64,000 nt of DNA from Escherichia phage Eps7. A program made the position numbers and the translations under genes. The stretch is from the sequence record NC_010583.1. One strand, written 5' to 3'. Below, piece after piece: positions 35,030-44,494 of this stretch; the first letter of the stretch is position 1, and each line of letters opens with the position of its first letter. The notes under the pieces were generated by a model, which ran no database searches, had not been told where the DNA came from, and saw only the letters and a program-made list of their open reading frames with translations.

Positions 35030-35440
35030 ATGACTACTCCAACTCAGTGGACTGATGAACTGTTCGAAAAAATGTCTTCCGACTACGTTGCTCGTATGGA
35101 GCAATTCCCAGAAGATGAGCGTCCGGGCGTTAGCATGGAAATTGTTAGCGAAATTGCTCAGGAAAATGGTGTAACTCCGAACGGTTTCCGTATGAAGCTG
35201 ACCAAAGCAGGTCTGTATATCAAGAAAGCTGCTGGCTCTACTTCTAAATCAAGCGCATCTACTGGAGAAAAAGCTTCTGGTGGTTCTCGTACTTCCAAAG
35301 CTCAGGCGCACTCCGATCTTCGCTCTGCATTCTCTGATGCTGGCTTAGCACCGGACTTCCTGGACGACGCAATCATCGACAAGCTGACCGGTAAAGCAGC
35401 TGCTCATCTGGCAGAAGCTATCCGAGCTATCACTAAGTAA
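35030..35440 (+). CDS. hypothetical protein (136 aa), probably abundant
   Basis: Codon usage strongly biased to preferred codons (GCT, GGT, CTG, CGT). Confidence 0.6.
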   Translation: MTTPTQWTDELFEKMSSDYVARMEQFPEDERPGVSMEIVSEIAQENGVTPNGFRMKLTKAGLYIKKAAGSTSKSSASTGEKASGGSRTSKAQAHSDLRSAFSDAGLAPDFLDDAIIDKLTGKAAAHLAEAIRAITK

Positions 35441-35476
35441 TTCTTAGATAAATCCACCAACACAAGGAATACAGTT

Positions 35477-35773
35477 ATGAATAAAGCTGAAATTATTGCT
35501 CAATGCGAAAAATTTGGTGAGTTTTATCTTCATTACGAAAAACTTCGTCAGAAAGGAACCACGTACCTTCAGGGTACGATGGAGTTTGATCCAGCTCAGG
35601 ATAAATACCTGGCTGAGCGTATTAAACGTGAGCGCATCCGTAAGCCGAAAGAAGATGAAATCCTAGTTTTCTCTCGTACTAACGATAGCTTCCGTTTCAT
35701 TCCTGTTGTGAAAGTTCGCCGTGTGACGAGCCTCCAGTCAGAGTTAGATCGTGCTTCTCCAGTAGGCCGATAA
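35477..35773 (+). CDS. hypothetical protein (98 aa)
   Basis: ORF followed by terminator. Confidence 0.55.
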   Translation: MNKAEIIAQCEKFGEFYLHYEKLRQKGTTYLQGTMEFDPAQDKYLAERIKRERIRKPKEDEILVFSRTNDSFRFIPVVKVRRVTSLQSELDRASPVGR

Positions 35774-35783
35774 GAAACCAATT

Positions 35784-35808
35784 AGCCCCTATATGGGGCT
35801 TTTTGTGT
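35784..35808 (+). terminator. intrinsic terminator
   Basis: agcccctatatggggct then TTTTTGTGTATTT. Confidence 0.6.
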
Positions 35809-35823
35809 ATTTGGGATATGTAA

Positions 35824-36132
35824 ATGAGCGATCAGGTAAATCAAAACTATGAAGGACACATTGACGACCAGTCCATCATGCTTTGGGAGAAGGACGGGGA
35901 ACAAGTAAGACTAACCGTATCTGAATTTCGTGGGAATCTATACATGGGAATTCGTTACTGGCTCCAAGATATTACTGGAGAGTGGTTTCCAACGAAATCC
36001 GGCTTCTCTTTTCCTTATACCCTAGAAACTACATCACAGCTATTTTACGCTTTTACGCAAATCCTCAGTGAATCCGAGGTCTTGCATGAAGTACAGAAAC
36101 GAGCTGAAGAACTCAAAGCCAAGAATGCCTAG
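35824..36132 (+). CDS. hypothetical protein (102 aa)
   Basis: ORF followed by terminator. Confidence 0.55.
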   Translation: MSDQVNQNYEGHIDDQSIMLWEKDGEQVRLTVSEFRGNLYMGIRYWLQDITGEWFPTKSGFSFPYTLETTSQLFYAFTQILSESEVLHEVQKRAEELKAKNA

Positions 36133-36146
36133 TTCTTGGCTTTTTC
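36118..36146 (+). terminator. intrinsic terminator
   Basis: gccaagaa-tgcctag-ttcttggc then TTTTTCTTT. Confidence 0.55.
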
Positions 36147-36159
36147 TTTATAAATGTAC

Positions 36160-36188
36160 TTGCTTTCGACTCAGTTTTGTTATATAAT
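36160..36188 (+). promoter_or_regulatory. T5-type promoter (TTGCTT, 17 nt, TATAAT)
   Basis: Leader ATTTATATAAATTGATGAGAGATATAAATAA then ATG at 36220. Confidence 0.6.
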
Positions 36189-36219
36189 ATTTATATAAAT
36201 TGATGAGAGATATAAATAA

Positions 36220-37191
36220 ATGACTAATGTAAAAGAATTTATTAAACGCTGTCAAGAAGCATATTATCAAGGTATGTCTTTAATCTCTGACGAAGAATAT
36301 GATCGTCTGATTAAAAGATTCCCACTAGAGGAAGAAATCGGACCGAAAGGTGATATTCCTCATTTGTATCGTATGTATTCTTTGCAGAAAGTCTATTACG
36401 GTCGCGGTGATAAAGCTCCATTCAATCCATTAGGTCAGGTTGAAACTGATAAGTTAGATGGTTGTGCGATTTCTCTATTATATATTAATGGTGAATTTGT
36501 TCAAGCGTTAACTCGTGGTAACGGTATTCTAGGGAATGATGTAACGCATAATGTTAAAATGCTGAACATCCCCAAAACTATTTCCCAAAAAGTACCAACT
36601 CAAATCACTGGTGAAGTTCTCATTACTAAAGAAGTAGAGAACAAACGTAACTACGCTTCGGGTGCTATTAACCTGAAAGACAGCGATGATTTCATCCAAC
36701 GTATTGGTGAAGGTGGTTTAATCTTCGTTGCATACGGTATCCAGTGTTCAGCGGAAACAGTCGGTATTACAGAAGCCTATTTAAAAGATATGCTTTGGCT
36801 AGAGAATGAGAACTTCTTGACAGTTGTTAATGTTCGTTCCTTTTTTAAATGGATTCCGACGGACGGTAAAGTTGTTCGTATTAACGACAACAATAAATTC
36901 TTCCGTGAAGGTTGGACTAATAAATTTCCTCGTGGTGCATTTGCTATTAAAGAGGATGAAGAAGGCGAAATTACCACACTTGTTAAAGTTGAATGGCAAG
37001 TAGGGGCTTCTGGTAAAGTAACTCCAGTTGGTTATTTCGAACCGGTGATTATTGATGATGCCACAATCGTTAAAGCAACTCTTAATAACGTTGATTATAT
37101 TAACGCTCTCGATTTAGAGATCGGTTGCCAGATTCGAGTGATTCGTGCTGGTGGTGTAATCCCTTGTATAGTAGAGCGAGTATACGACTAA
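36220..37191 (+). CDS. ligA: NAD-dependent DNA ligase, N-terminal subunit (adenylation + OB domains)
   Basis: Adenylation motif I ETDKLDGC (KxDG), LigA-like N-terminus ...EEYDRL...; 323 aa ending before the Zn-finger/HhH/BRCT part. Confidence 0.75.
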   Translation: MTNVKEFIKRCQEAYYQGMSLISDEEYDRLIKRFPLEEEIGPKGDIPHLYRMYSLQKVYYGRGDKAPFNPLGQVETDKLDGCAISLLYINGEFVQALTRGNGILGNDVTHNVKMLNIPKTISQKVPTQITGEVLITKEVENKRNYASGAINLKDSDDFIQRIGEGGLIFVAYGIQCSAETVGITEAYLKDMLWLENENFLTVVNVRSFFKWIPTDGKVVRINDNNKFFREGWTNKFPRGAFAIKEDEEGEITTLVKVEWQVGASGKVTPVGYFEPVIIDDATIVKATLNNVDYINALDLEIGCQIRVIRAGGVIPCIVERVYD

Positions 37192-37239
37192 TTCGTAACC
37201 CTTTGCTACCCGTTTACCATGTCGGAATTATAAAGTGGT

Positions 37240-37268
37240 TATTGACATTTTCGCCGCTTAGGTATATA
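37240..37268 (+). promoter_or_regulatory. sigma70-like promoter (TTGACA, 17 nt, TATACT) between ligase halves
   Basis: Near-consensus hexamers; followed by an 8-codon micro-ORF (MARVSKVS). Confidence 0.5.
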
Positions 37269-37334
37269 CTATTATCATTCAGTTGAGGGATAGAAAGTTA
37301 TGGCGAGGGTAAGCAAAGTTAGTTAAAATTGTAG

Positions 37335-37363
37335 TTGCTAAATGCTTAAATACTTGCTATAAT
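37335..37363 (+). promoter_or_regulatory. T5-type promoter (TTGCTA, 17 nt, TATAAT) for ligase C-terminal subunit
   Basis: Conserved leader ATTTATATAAATTGATAAGGAAGAAATTTG then ATG. Confidence 0.55.
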
Positions 37364-37393
37364 ATTTATATAAATTGATAAGGAAGAAATTTG

Positions 37394-38172
37394 ATGAAAA
37401 TCGAAATTCCAACACAATGTCCCTCTTGTGGTTCTAAGCTAGATCTTGTCAACGGGCAATTATTCTGTAGGAATAAGTCCAACTGTCCAGCGCAATCAAG
37501 TAAGTTAATCGAGAACTTCTGCACAAAAATGAAGTTAAAGGGCTTTGGCCCGAAAACTATTGAGAAGCTGGAGCTGACTAAGATCTCAGAACTGTTTTAC
37601 CTGACCGAAGAAGATTTGGTCGGAGCTGTGGGTAGCAAGGTTGCCGCTAAATTGATTAGCGAGTTAAATACAAGGTTCGCGGAGACATTGACTTTGGTTC
37701 AGTTCTCGGTTCTTTAGGAATTCCTCTTATTGGAGAGGTTGCAGCAAAGAAACTGTCCCAAAATTGCACTAGCTTCCACGATGTGAAGGCTGACGGCAAG
37801 GCTGGAGAAAATTACAAAACCTGGCTAAATTCCCCACAAGGCAAGGATGTTATTGAATTACCGTGGAAATTCTCAACTGGTATCCGAGGTGCTAAAGCTG
37901 ACATCATCATTACAGATGATTTAGTTGCCCAGCCAAATGGAATCACGGTCTGTATTACCGGATCTTTGCAAGATTTTGCAAATCGAACGGATGCAACAAA
38001 CTATTTAGAAAGTCTAGGGTATACGGTTAAGAAGTCCGTTACCAAAGACGTCAAATACCTAATCTGTGAGGATGAATCAAAACGTTCTTCCTCATCTTAT
38101 AAGAAAGCCGAAACGAATGGGATAGAAATCCTGTCGATTAAAGAACTATTGGAGAAAAATAATAATGTCTAA
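37394..38172 (+). CDS. ligB: NAD-dependent DNA ligase, C-terminal subunit (Zn finger, HhH, BRCT); frameshifted at T3 tract 37713-37715
   Basis: Zn-finger CPSCGSKL...[10 protein letters not shown], HhH ([14 protein letters not shown]), BRCT-like VCITGSL...; a T4 tract gives ...[13 protein letters not shown] matching LigA ...FLYALGIREVGE. Confidence 0.65.
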
Positions 38173-38932
38173 ACTGAACTGGAACGTAGAAGGTGTAACC
38201 GAGTCTCTGAAAGCAAAAGCCACTGCTCTGGGTGTTGCTGTAATCTCTCAAGAACAAGTAGCTGCTATCGCTGCTGAACTGGCTACCGAGACTGGTAAAG
38301 ACGTTACCGCTCGCTCTGTTGGCTCTAAGCTGCGTAAAGAAGGTTTCGAAGTACAGAAAGCTAACGAAGTACAGAAATCCCCGTGGACTCCTGAGCAGGA
38401 AGCTGAACTGGTTGATTTCCTGAACGCTCATGCGGGTCAGTATACTTACGCTGAAATCGCTGCTGCTGTAGCTGGTGGTCAGTTCGGTGCTAAGCAGGTT
38501 CAGGGTAAGATCCTGAGTCTGGAAATGACTGCTTCTGTTAAGCCAACCGAAAAAGCTGCTGCTGTTCGTTCCTTCACTCCTGACGAAGAAACTGATTTCG
38601 TTAATCAGGTTGTTGCTGGTGCTACTATTGAAGCTATCGCTGCTCACTTCGGTCGCAATATTAAGCAGATCCGTGGTAAAGCTCTGAGTCTGCTTCGTGA
38701 AGGTCGTATCGCTGCTATGCCGGTACAGGAAACTTCAAGTGCTAAAACTCGTGAAGATCTGTTAGAAGGTCTGGATCTGGCTAACATGACTGTTGCTGAG
38801 ATCGCTGAGAAAACTGGTAAGTCTGAGCGCGGTGTTAAATCTATGCTGTCTCGTCGTGGTCTGGTTGCTAAGGACTATGATGGTGCCGCTAAGCGTGCTA
38901 AACTGGATGCAAAAGCTGCGGCTGCTGAATAA
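38165..38932 (+). CDS. putative DNA-binding protein with four internal repeats (255 aa)
   Basis: Four repeats of about 45 aa (...ARSVGSKLRKEG, ...KQVQGKILSLE, ...KQIRGKALSLLREG, ...ERGVKSMLSRRG); highly optimised codon usage. Confidence 0.5.
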   Translation: MSKLNWNVEGVTESLKAKATALGVAVISQEQVAAIAAELATETGKDVTARSVGSKLRKEGFEVQKANEVQKSPWTPEQEAELVDFLNAHAGQYTYAEIAAAVAGGQFGAKQVQGKILSLEMTASVKPTEKAAAVRSFTPDEETDFVNQVVAGATIEAIAAHFGRNIKQIRGKALSLLREGRIAAMPVQETSSAKTREDLLEGLDLANMTVAEIAEKTGKSERGVKSMLSRRGLVAKDYDGAAKRAKLDAKAAAAE

Positions 38933-38949
38933 TCTGGTAAATTAAACCT

Positions 38950-38982
38950 AAGGGGAGGGGGCTATGCTCCTTCCCCTTTTTG
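38950..38982 (+). terminator. intrinsic terminator
   Basis: aaggggaggggg...ctccttcccctt then TTTT. Confidence 0.55.
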
Positions 38983-39014
38983 CATTTAGAAGGCACGAAA
39001 GCGTGCAAAGGAGA

Positions 39015-40487
39015 ATGACCTTGTTTAACGTGCAAGCTGTAGTGTTGAAGATGCTTCTCGCTTCTGAACAGAAGCAAATAGCATTGGAAACATTCTCAAA
39101 ACTGCATAAAGATCATTTTAATGACGCTTTCTCCTCAATTTACCAAGCCGTCCAGAATTATTATAAGAAATATAACGCAATGCCGTCCATTGACGCACTG
39201 ATGCTTGAGGCCAATAGGAACGCCCGCCTTTCTCAAGCTCTTGTCGTCTTAGCTAACACTCAAATTCCAGAAGTGAGCATGGAACAGGCGCTTGAAGTCC
39301 TAGAAGCCGAATATACACAGGATCTATTCCTGAAACTTCTAGAAACAGACGTGCTTCAAGATTTAACAATGCTGGATCAGGGAGAAATTCTCAACCGAGT
39401 TGCCTCCCTTCACTTAAAATTAGAAGAGAAAGTAACGAATACTGGAAAGGTATTCAACGCAGACACAATGCGTATTTTCCAGAGAGAAGAAGATACCAAA
39501 CTGAACTTGATCGCTCTTGGTATTTGTAATGAGTTCGACGCTCAAATTGGTTTAGCTCGCACAGAAACGTTACTGCTTGGTGGTTGGCGTGGTACTGGTA
39601 AATCCATTATCTGTTCAAACATACAGGTTCAGCAATATTTGAATGGAGACATTGCTCCATATTTCTCAATTGAGATGAAGGAGCACGAAGTGTTTAGACG
39701 TAATCTGGCTATGTTAGCTGGAGTATCTGCATTAGCAATGCGTAATAACACTCTTGAAGGTGCTGCTCTGTTGAGATTAGCCAGAACTAGGGCTAGAATG
39801 TTTAATGGTGGTGAAGAGCTTTTCGATAACTTCGTTAAGCAATACACTATGGCTAAAATGAGTGACTTCTATGATATGGAAAGTAAACTCCTTGAAGGCT
39901 ATGAGCTTCACACTCCTATGATCATCGTTTACGATCCTGAACTGTCTATTACGACGGTTGACGTAGAATTAAATAAACTAGTTGCTAAATATGGTGATAA
40001 GGTTACTGTAGCTCTTCTAGACTATATTAACCAAACAAGACTTCCAGATTCAAAGACCATTGACATGTATGACTGGAAAGAACAGATGGTTGTTAGTTCA
40101 TCTTTCAAATCTATCTGCCAGAAACATAACGTGGCTGGTGTTGCCCCTTACCAGATTGACCAAGATGGTAGAACGCGTATGTCTAAAGGGATTCTTGATT
40201 CCGCAGATATGGCTGCTAATCTTAACGCTGCAAAAGCTGATAATGGTCAAGGTGCTATTATGTTTGATTTCGTTAAGACTCGTTCCTCTGATAGTGTGAA
40301 GTTTATGCCTAAGATGAACTGGGAAACTCTACGAATGGATAACACTACCAACCTAGCAATGGAAGATATTGCGCAAATGGAAGCTGAGTTCGTTATTCCT
40401 ATTGAAAAGGATAAACCAGCTCAACCTAAACGTGCTAAGAAAGACAAAGCTGAAAATTCAACAGGTGAACAGGCCAGCGATATATGA
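39015..40487 (+). CDS. DnaB-like replicative helicase (RecA-fold ATPase)
   Basis: Walker A-like GGWRGTGKSI, DnaB-like C-terminal fold; start at ATG 39015 with AAGGAGA RBS. Confidence 0.6.
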   Translation: MTLFNVQAVVLKMLLASEQKQIALETFSKLHKDHFNDAFSSIYQAVQNYYKKYNAMPSIDALMLEANRNARLSQALVVLANTQIPEVSMEQALEVLEAEYTQDLFLKLLETDVLQDLTMLDQGEILNRVASLHLKLEEKVTNTGKVFNADTMRIFQREEDTKLNLIALGICNEFDAQIGLARTETLLLGGWRGTGKSIICSNIQVQQYLNGDIAPYFSIEMKEHEVFRRNLAMLAGVSALAMRNNTLEGAALLRLARTRARMFNGGEELFDNFVKQYTMAKMSDFYDMESKLLEGYELHTPMIIVYDPELSITTVDVELNKLVAKYGDKVTVALLDYINQTRLPDSKTIDMYDWKEQMVVSSSFKSICQKHNVAGVAPYQIDQDGRTRMSKGILDSADMAANLNAAKADNGQGAIMFDFVKTRSSDSVKFMPKMNWETLRMDNTTNLAMEDIAQMEAEFVIPIEKDKPAQPKRAKKDKAENSTGEQASDI

Positions 40488-41374
40488 GTAGAATAACAGA
40501 ACTACTTGATCTGAAAGGCATTGAATACAAAGACACAGGTGGGGATATCCTCATCTGTTGTCTCAATCCAGATCATGATGATAAACACCCAAGCTTGCGT
40601 ATTGACCCTGAATCAGGTATTATGCATTGCTTGAGCTGTGGCTTCGGTAGAGGAATACCGAGCATTTACCATTATTTTAATGAGACTCAGTACAGACAGT
40701 CACCAAGATTGTCACAAGTACGTAAAAAGATTTCAGAGATTAGGAATGGATCTACGAATCTTGCAATTCCTGAATCTGCTTACCTTTTCGAAGGTGATTT
40801 CCGAGGTATCAGTTCTAAGACCTTGAAGAAATATTTTGCTTTCCAACATCAAGCAGACTGGGAAGGCAGAATTGTATTCCCAATAACAGATGCTGTTGGA
40901 CGCAATATCCTATTCTTGGGACGTTCTATAAACAGTTCTGCCCCTCCTAAATACTTAGTAAAACCAAAACAAGTTTCACCACCGATTTTCCCTGTACGAT
41001 ATAATACACCAGTTCTTATTCTAGTTGAAGGTATCTTTGATATGTTAAATCTAGAAGATAACGGTGTGGATTATGCTTCTTGCTGCTTTGGTACACATCA
41101 GTTTACATCTGATAACATTGCCGATAAGTTCAGTCCTTACATTATTGCTGGAGTAAGAGTAGTAGTTATCCTATTAGATAATGATGCCTCTGGTAATAAA
41201 GCTGCGCAAGCATTGGCGAAGCTAATTCGTACAAAAACACGTTTAACACCTGTAATTGGTAACTTCCTTCTTCCAGAAGGCAAAGACCCAGGTGATTTAA
41301 ATAAAGAAGAGATCGATATGTTGGCTCAACGTATTGAAATTTTAGTTGCCGAATCGCTCAAAGATTTGGTATAA
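40484..41374 (+). CDS. DNA primase (zinc-finger + TOPRIM)
   Basis: Zn-binding CCLNPDHDDKHPSL...CLSCGFG, TOPRIM-like ILVEGIFDMLNL and VVILLDNDASG. Confidence 0.7.
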   Translation: MSRITELLDLKGIEYKDTGGDILICCLNPDHDDKHPSLRIDPESGIMHCLSCGFGRGIPSIYHYFNETQYRQSPRLSQVRKKISEIRNGSTNLAIPESAYLFEGDFRGISSKTLKKYFAFQHQADWEGRIVFPITDAVGRNILFLGRSINSSAPPKYLVKPKQVSPPIFPVRYNTPVLILVEGIFDMLNLEDNGVDYASCCFGTHQFTSDNIADKFSPYIIAGVRVVVILLDNDASGNKAAQALAKLIRTKTRLTPVIGNFLLPEGKDPGDLNKEEIDMLAQRIEILVAESLKDLV

Positions 41375-41436
41375 TATATTGGTAAGTTAGAGAAGAAACA
41401 CTGAAGTTATACTTACTTACCAAAAGAAGACTAAAT

Positions 41437-44004
41437 TTGAAAATTGCAGTAGTTGATAAAGCTCTAAATAACACTCGTTATGATAAACACTTCCAGCTTT
41501 ATGGTGAGGAAGTTGATGTATTCCATATGTGTAACGAGAAGTTATCTGGCCGTTTGCTGAAAAAGCATATTACAATCGGAACTCCAGATAACCCGTTCGA
41601 TCCGAACGATTACGATTTTGTTGTACTAGTTGGTGCTGAACCTTTCCTGTATTTCGCAGGTAAGAAAGGTATCGGTGATTATACTGGTAAACGTGTAGAG
41701 CATGGCGGCTATGCCAATTGGATTGCAAGTATTAGTCCAGCTCAGTTACACTTTAAACCTGAAATGAAACCAGTTTTCGATGCAACTGTAGAAAGTATTC
41801 ACGATATTATTAATGGTCGTGAGAAGATTGCAAAAGCTGGTGATTATCGTCCTATTACTGATCCAGATGAAGCTGAAGAATACATCAAGATGGTATATAA
41901 CATGGTTATCGGTCCTATCGCATTCGACTCCGAAACCTCAGCTTTGTACGCTCGTGATGGTTATCTGCTTGGTGTTTCTATGTCTCACCAAGAGTACCAG
42001 GGTGTTTATATTGACTCTGACAGCATCACCGAAGTAGCTGTACATTATCTCCAGAAAATTCTGGATAGCAAGAATCATCAGATCGTTTTTCATAACTTGA
42101 AGTTTGATATGCACTTTTATTCCTATCATCTAGGACTTTCCTTTGAGAAAGCACATAAAGAGCGTAGACTTCACGATACCATGTTACAACACTATGTTCT
42201 TGATGAACGTCGTGGTACTCACGGCCTGAAATCTCTGGCTATGAAGTATACTGACATGGGTGATTATGACTTTGAACTGGATAAGTTCAAGGAGGATTAT
42301 TGCAAAGCACATAAGATCAAGAAAGAAGATTTCAGCTATGATCTGATTCCATTTGATATTATGTGGCCTTATGCTGCAAAAGATACCGATGCTACTCTGC
42401 GTCTGCATAACTTCTTCTTACCGAAAATTGAGAAGAATGAAAAGCTTTGCAGTCTATACTATGACGTTCTGATGCCTGGTTGTGTATTCTTGCAACGTGT
42501 TGAAGATCGTGGTGTACCAATTTCTGTTGATCGCTTGAAAGAAGCTCAGTATCAGTTAACTCACAACCTGAACAAGGCTCGTGAAAAGCTGTATACTTAT
42601 CCAGAAGTCGTTCAGCTAGAGAAAGACCAGAACGAAGCATTTAACCCTAACTCTGTTAAGCAGCTCCGTGTTCTTTTATTTGATTATGTTGGTCTGACTC
42701 CAACTGGTAAGCTGACAGATACAGGTGCAGATTCTACAAACGCAGAAGCTCTGAACGAACTGGCTACTCAGCATCCAATTGCTAAGACTCTGCTAGAGAT
42801 TCGTAAGCTGACTAAGCTGATCTCTACTTATGTTGAGAAGATTCTTCTGAGCATTGATGCAGATGGTTGCATTCGTACTGGTTTCCATGAACACATGACT
42901 ACTTCTGGTCGTCTGAGTTCTTCTGGTAAGCTGAACCTGCAACAGTTACCACGTGATGAATCTATTATCAAGGGTTGTGTAGTAGCTCCCCCTGGATATC
43001 GTGTAATCGCATGGGACTTAACAACTGCGGAAGTTTATTACGCTGCTGTACTGTCTGGTGACAGAAACATGCAACAAGTATTTATCAACATGAAGAATGA
43101 GCCAGATAAATATCCTGACTTCCACTCAAACATCGCACACATGGTATTTAAACTGACCTGTGAACCGCGTGATGTTAAGAAGTTGTTCCCAGCTCTGCGT
43201 CAGGCTGCTAAGGCAATTACCTTCGGTATTCTGTACGGTTCTGGCCCAGCTAAAGTAGCTCATTCTGTTAACGAAGCTCTTCTGGAACAGGCCGCTAAGA
43301 CAGGCGAACCGTTTGTTGAATGTACCGTTGCAGATGCGAAGGACTATATCGAAACTTACTTCGGTCAATTCCCTCAGCTTAAGCGTTGGATTGATAAGTG
43401 CCACGATCAGATCAAGAACTTTGGATTCATCTACAGTCACTTTGGTCGTAAGCGTCGTCTGCACAATATCCATTCTGAAGATCGTGGTGTTCAGGGTGAG
43501 GAAATCCGTTCTGGATTTAACGCAATCATTCAGTCTGCATCTTCGGATAGCCTGTTATTAGGTGCTATTGATGCTGATGAAGAAATCCTGTCCCTGGGTC
43601 TAGGAAAAGAGATGAAGATCGTCATGTTGGTTCACGACTCCGTGGTTGCCATTGTACGTGAAGATCTGATTGATCAGTATAATGAGATTCTGATTCGTAA
43701 CATCCAGAAGGATCGTGGTATTAGTATCCCTGGCTGCCCAATCGGTATTGATTCTGATTCTGAGAAAGGTGGTTCTCGTGACTACTCTTGTGGTAAGATG
43801 AAGAAACAGCACCCATCAATCGCTTGTATTGATGATGATGAGTATACTCGTTATGTTAAAGGTGTATTACTCGATGCAGATTTCGAGTATAAGAAGTTAG
43901 CTGCAATGGATAAAGAGCATCCAGACCACAGCAAATACAAGGATGATAAGTTTATTGCTGTATGTAAAGATCTGGATAATGTGAAAAGGATTTTAGGTGC
44001 TTGA
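41437..44004 (+). CDS. DNA polymerase, family A (T5-type, 855 aa) with 3'-5' exonuclease domain
   Basis: Exo motifs (IAFDSETS), Pol motif B-like RQAAKAITFGILYGSG, motif C VHDSVV; N-terminus MKIAVVDKALNN...; apparent TTG start. Confidence 0.9.
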   Translation: MKIAVVDKALNNTRYDKHFQLYGEEVDVFHMCNEKLSGRLLKKHITIGTPDNPFDPNDYDFVVLVGAEPFLYFAGKKGIGDYTGKRVEHGGYANWIASISPAQLHFKPEMKPVFDATVESIHDIINGREKIAKAGDYRPITDPDEAEEYIKMVYNMVIGPIAFDSETSALYARDGYLLGVSMSHQEYQGVYIDSDSITEVAVHYLQKILDSKNHQIVFHNLKFDMHFYSYHLGLSFEKAHKERRLHDTMLQHYVLDERRGTHGLKSLAMKYTDMGDYDFELDKFKEDYCKAHKIKKEDFSYDLIPFDIMWPYAAKDTDATLRLHNFFLPKIEKNEKLCSLYYDVLMPGCVFLQRVEDRGVPISVDRLKEAQYQLTHNLNKAREKLYTYPEVVQLEKDQNEAFNPNSVKQLRVLLFDYVGLTPTGKLTDTGADSTNAEALNELATQHPIAKTLLEIRKLTKLISTYVEKILLSIDADGCIRTGFHEHMTTSGRLSSSGKLNLQQLPRDESIIKGCVVAPPGYRVIAWDLTTAEVYYAAVLSGDRNMQQVFINMKNEPDKYPDFHSNIAHMVFKLTCEPRDVKKLFPALRQAAKAITFGILYGSGPAKVAHSVNEALLEQAAKTGEPFVECTVADAKDYIETYFGQFPQLKRWIDKCHDQIKNFGFIYSHFGRKRRLHNIHSEDRGVQGEEIRSGFNAIIQSASSDSLLLGAIDADEEILSLGLGKEMKIVMLVHDSVVAIVREDLIDQYNEILIRNIQKDRGISIPGCPIGIDSDSEKGGSRDYSCGKMKKQHPSIACIDDDEYTRYVKGVLLDADFEYKKLAAMDKEHPDHSKYKDDKFIAVCKDLDNVKRILGA

Positions 44005-44494
44005 TTTCAAATTGCCCGTATATGCTTTACGGGCATTTGTATCAATTGAGCAGGAAGGTGATTATTCCGTAATTACAACAAAATATAATAAATATGTGCT
44101 AGATAACAGGAAGTTGCCCGGCACATTCTCCCAACGTAGGTTAGCCCTATTTGAGAAGCGGAAAGAATTACCGTATAAGCTCTATCCTATTCGTGGTAGA
44201 ATATCAATGTTGTCCCAATTAGTAGGGTCAAAGCGTAGCCAGTTTATAGATTCTGATGGAAATCTTATTAACTGGAAGAAAACTACGTTCTATGATGTTA
44301 TCACATCTAAAGTTCTGCATTCTGCAAGAATTTATAATGGAAAGTATCAATGTTATGTGGCTAAAGTCCCATATCCATTCGTGCTATCCTATGTTCCAGC
44401 TTATATAAGCTATATTCTGGTAAATAATAGCCCTGTTATTTATCAAGTCCATCAAGAGGAGCCTGAAATTCCTAGACTTAGAATAAAATTATGA
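43997..44494 (+). CDS. hypothetical protein (165 aa)
   Basis: ORF between polymerase and helicase, overlapping both. Confidence 0.5.
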   Translation: MLDFKLPVYALRAFVSIEQEGDYSVITTKYNKYVLDNRKLPGTFSQRRLALFEKRKELPYKLYPIRGRISMLSQLVGSKRSQFIDSDGNLINWKKTTFYDVITSKVLHSARIYNGKYQCYVAKVPYPFVLSYVPAYISYILVNNSPVIYQVHQEEPEIPRLRIKL

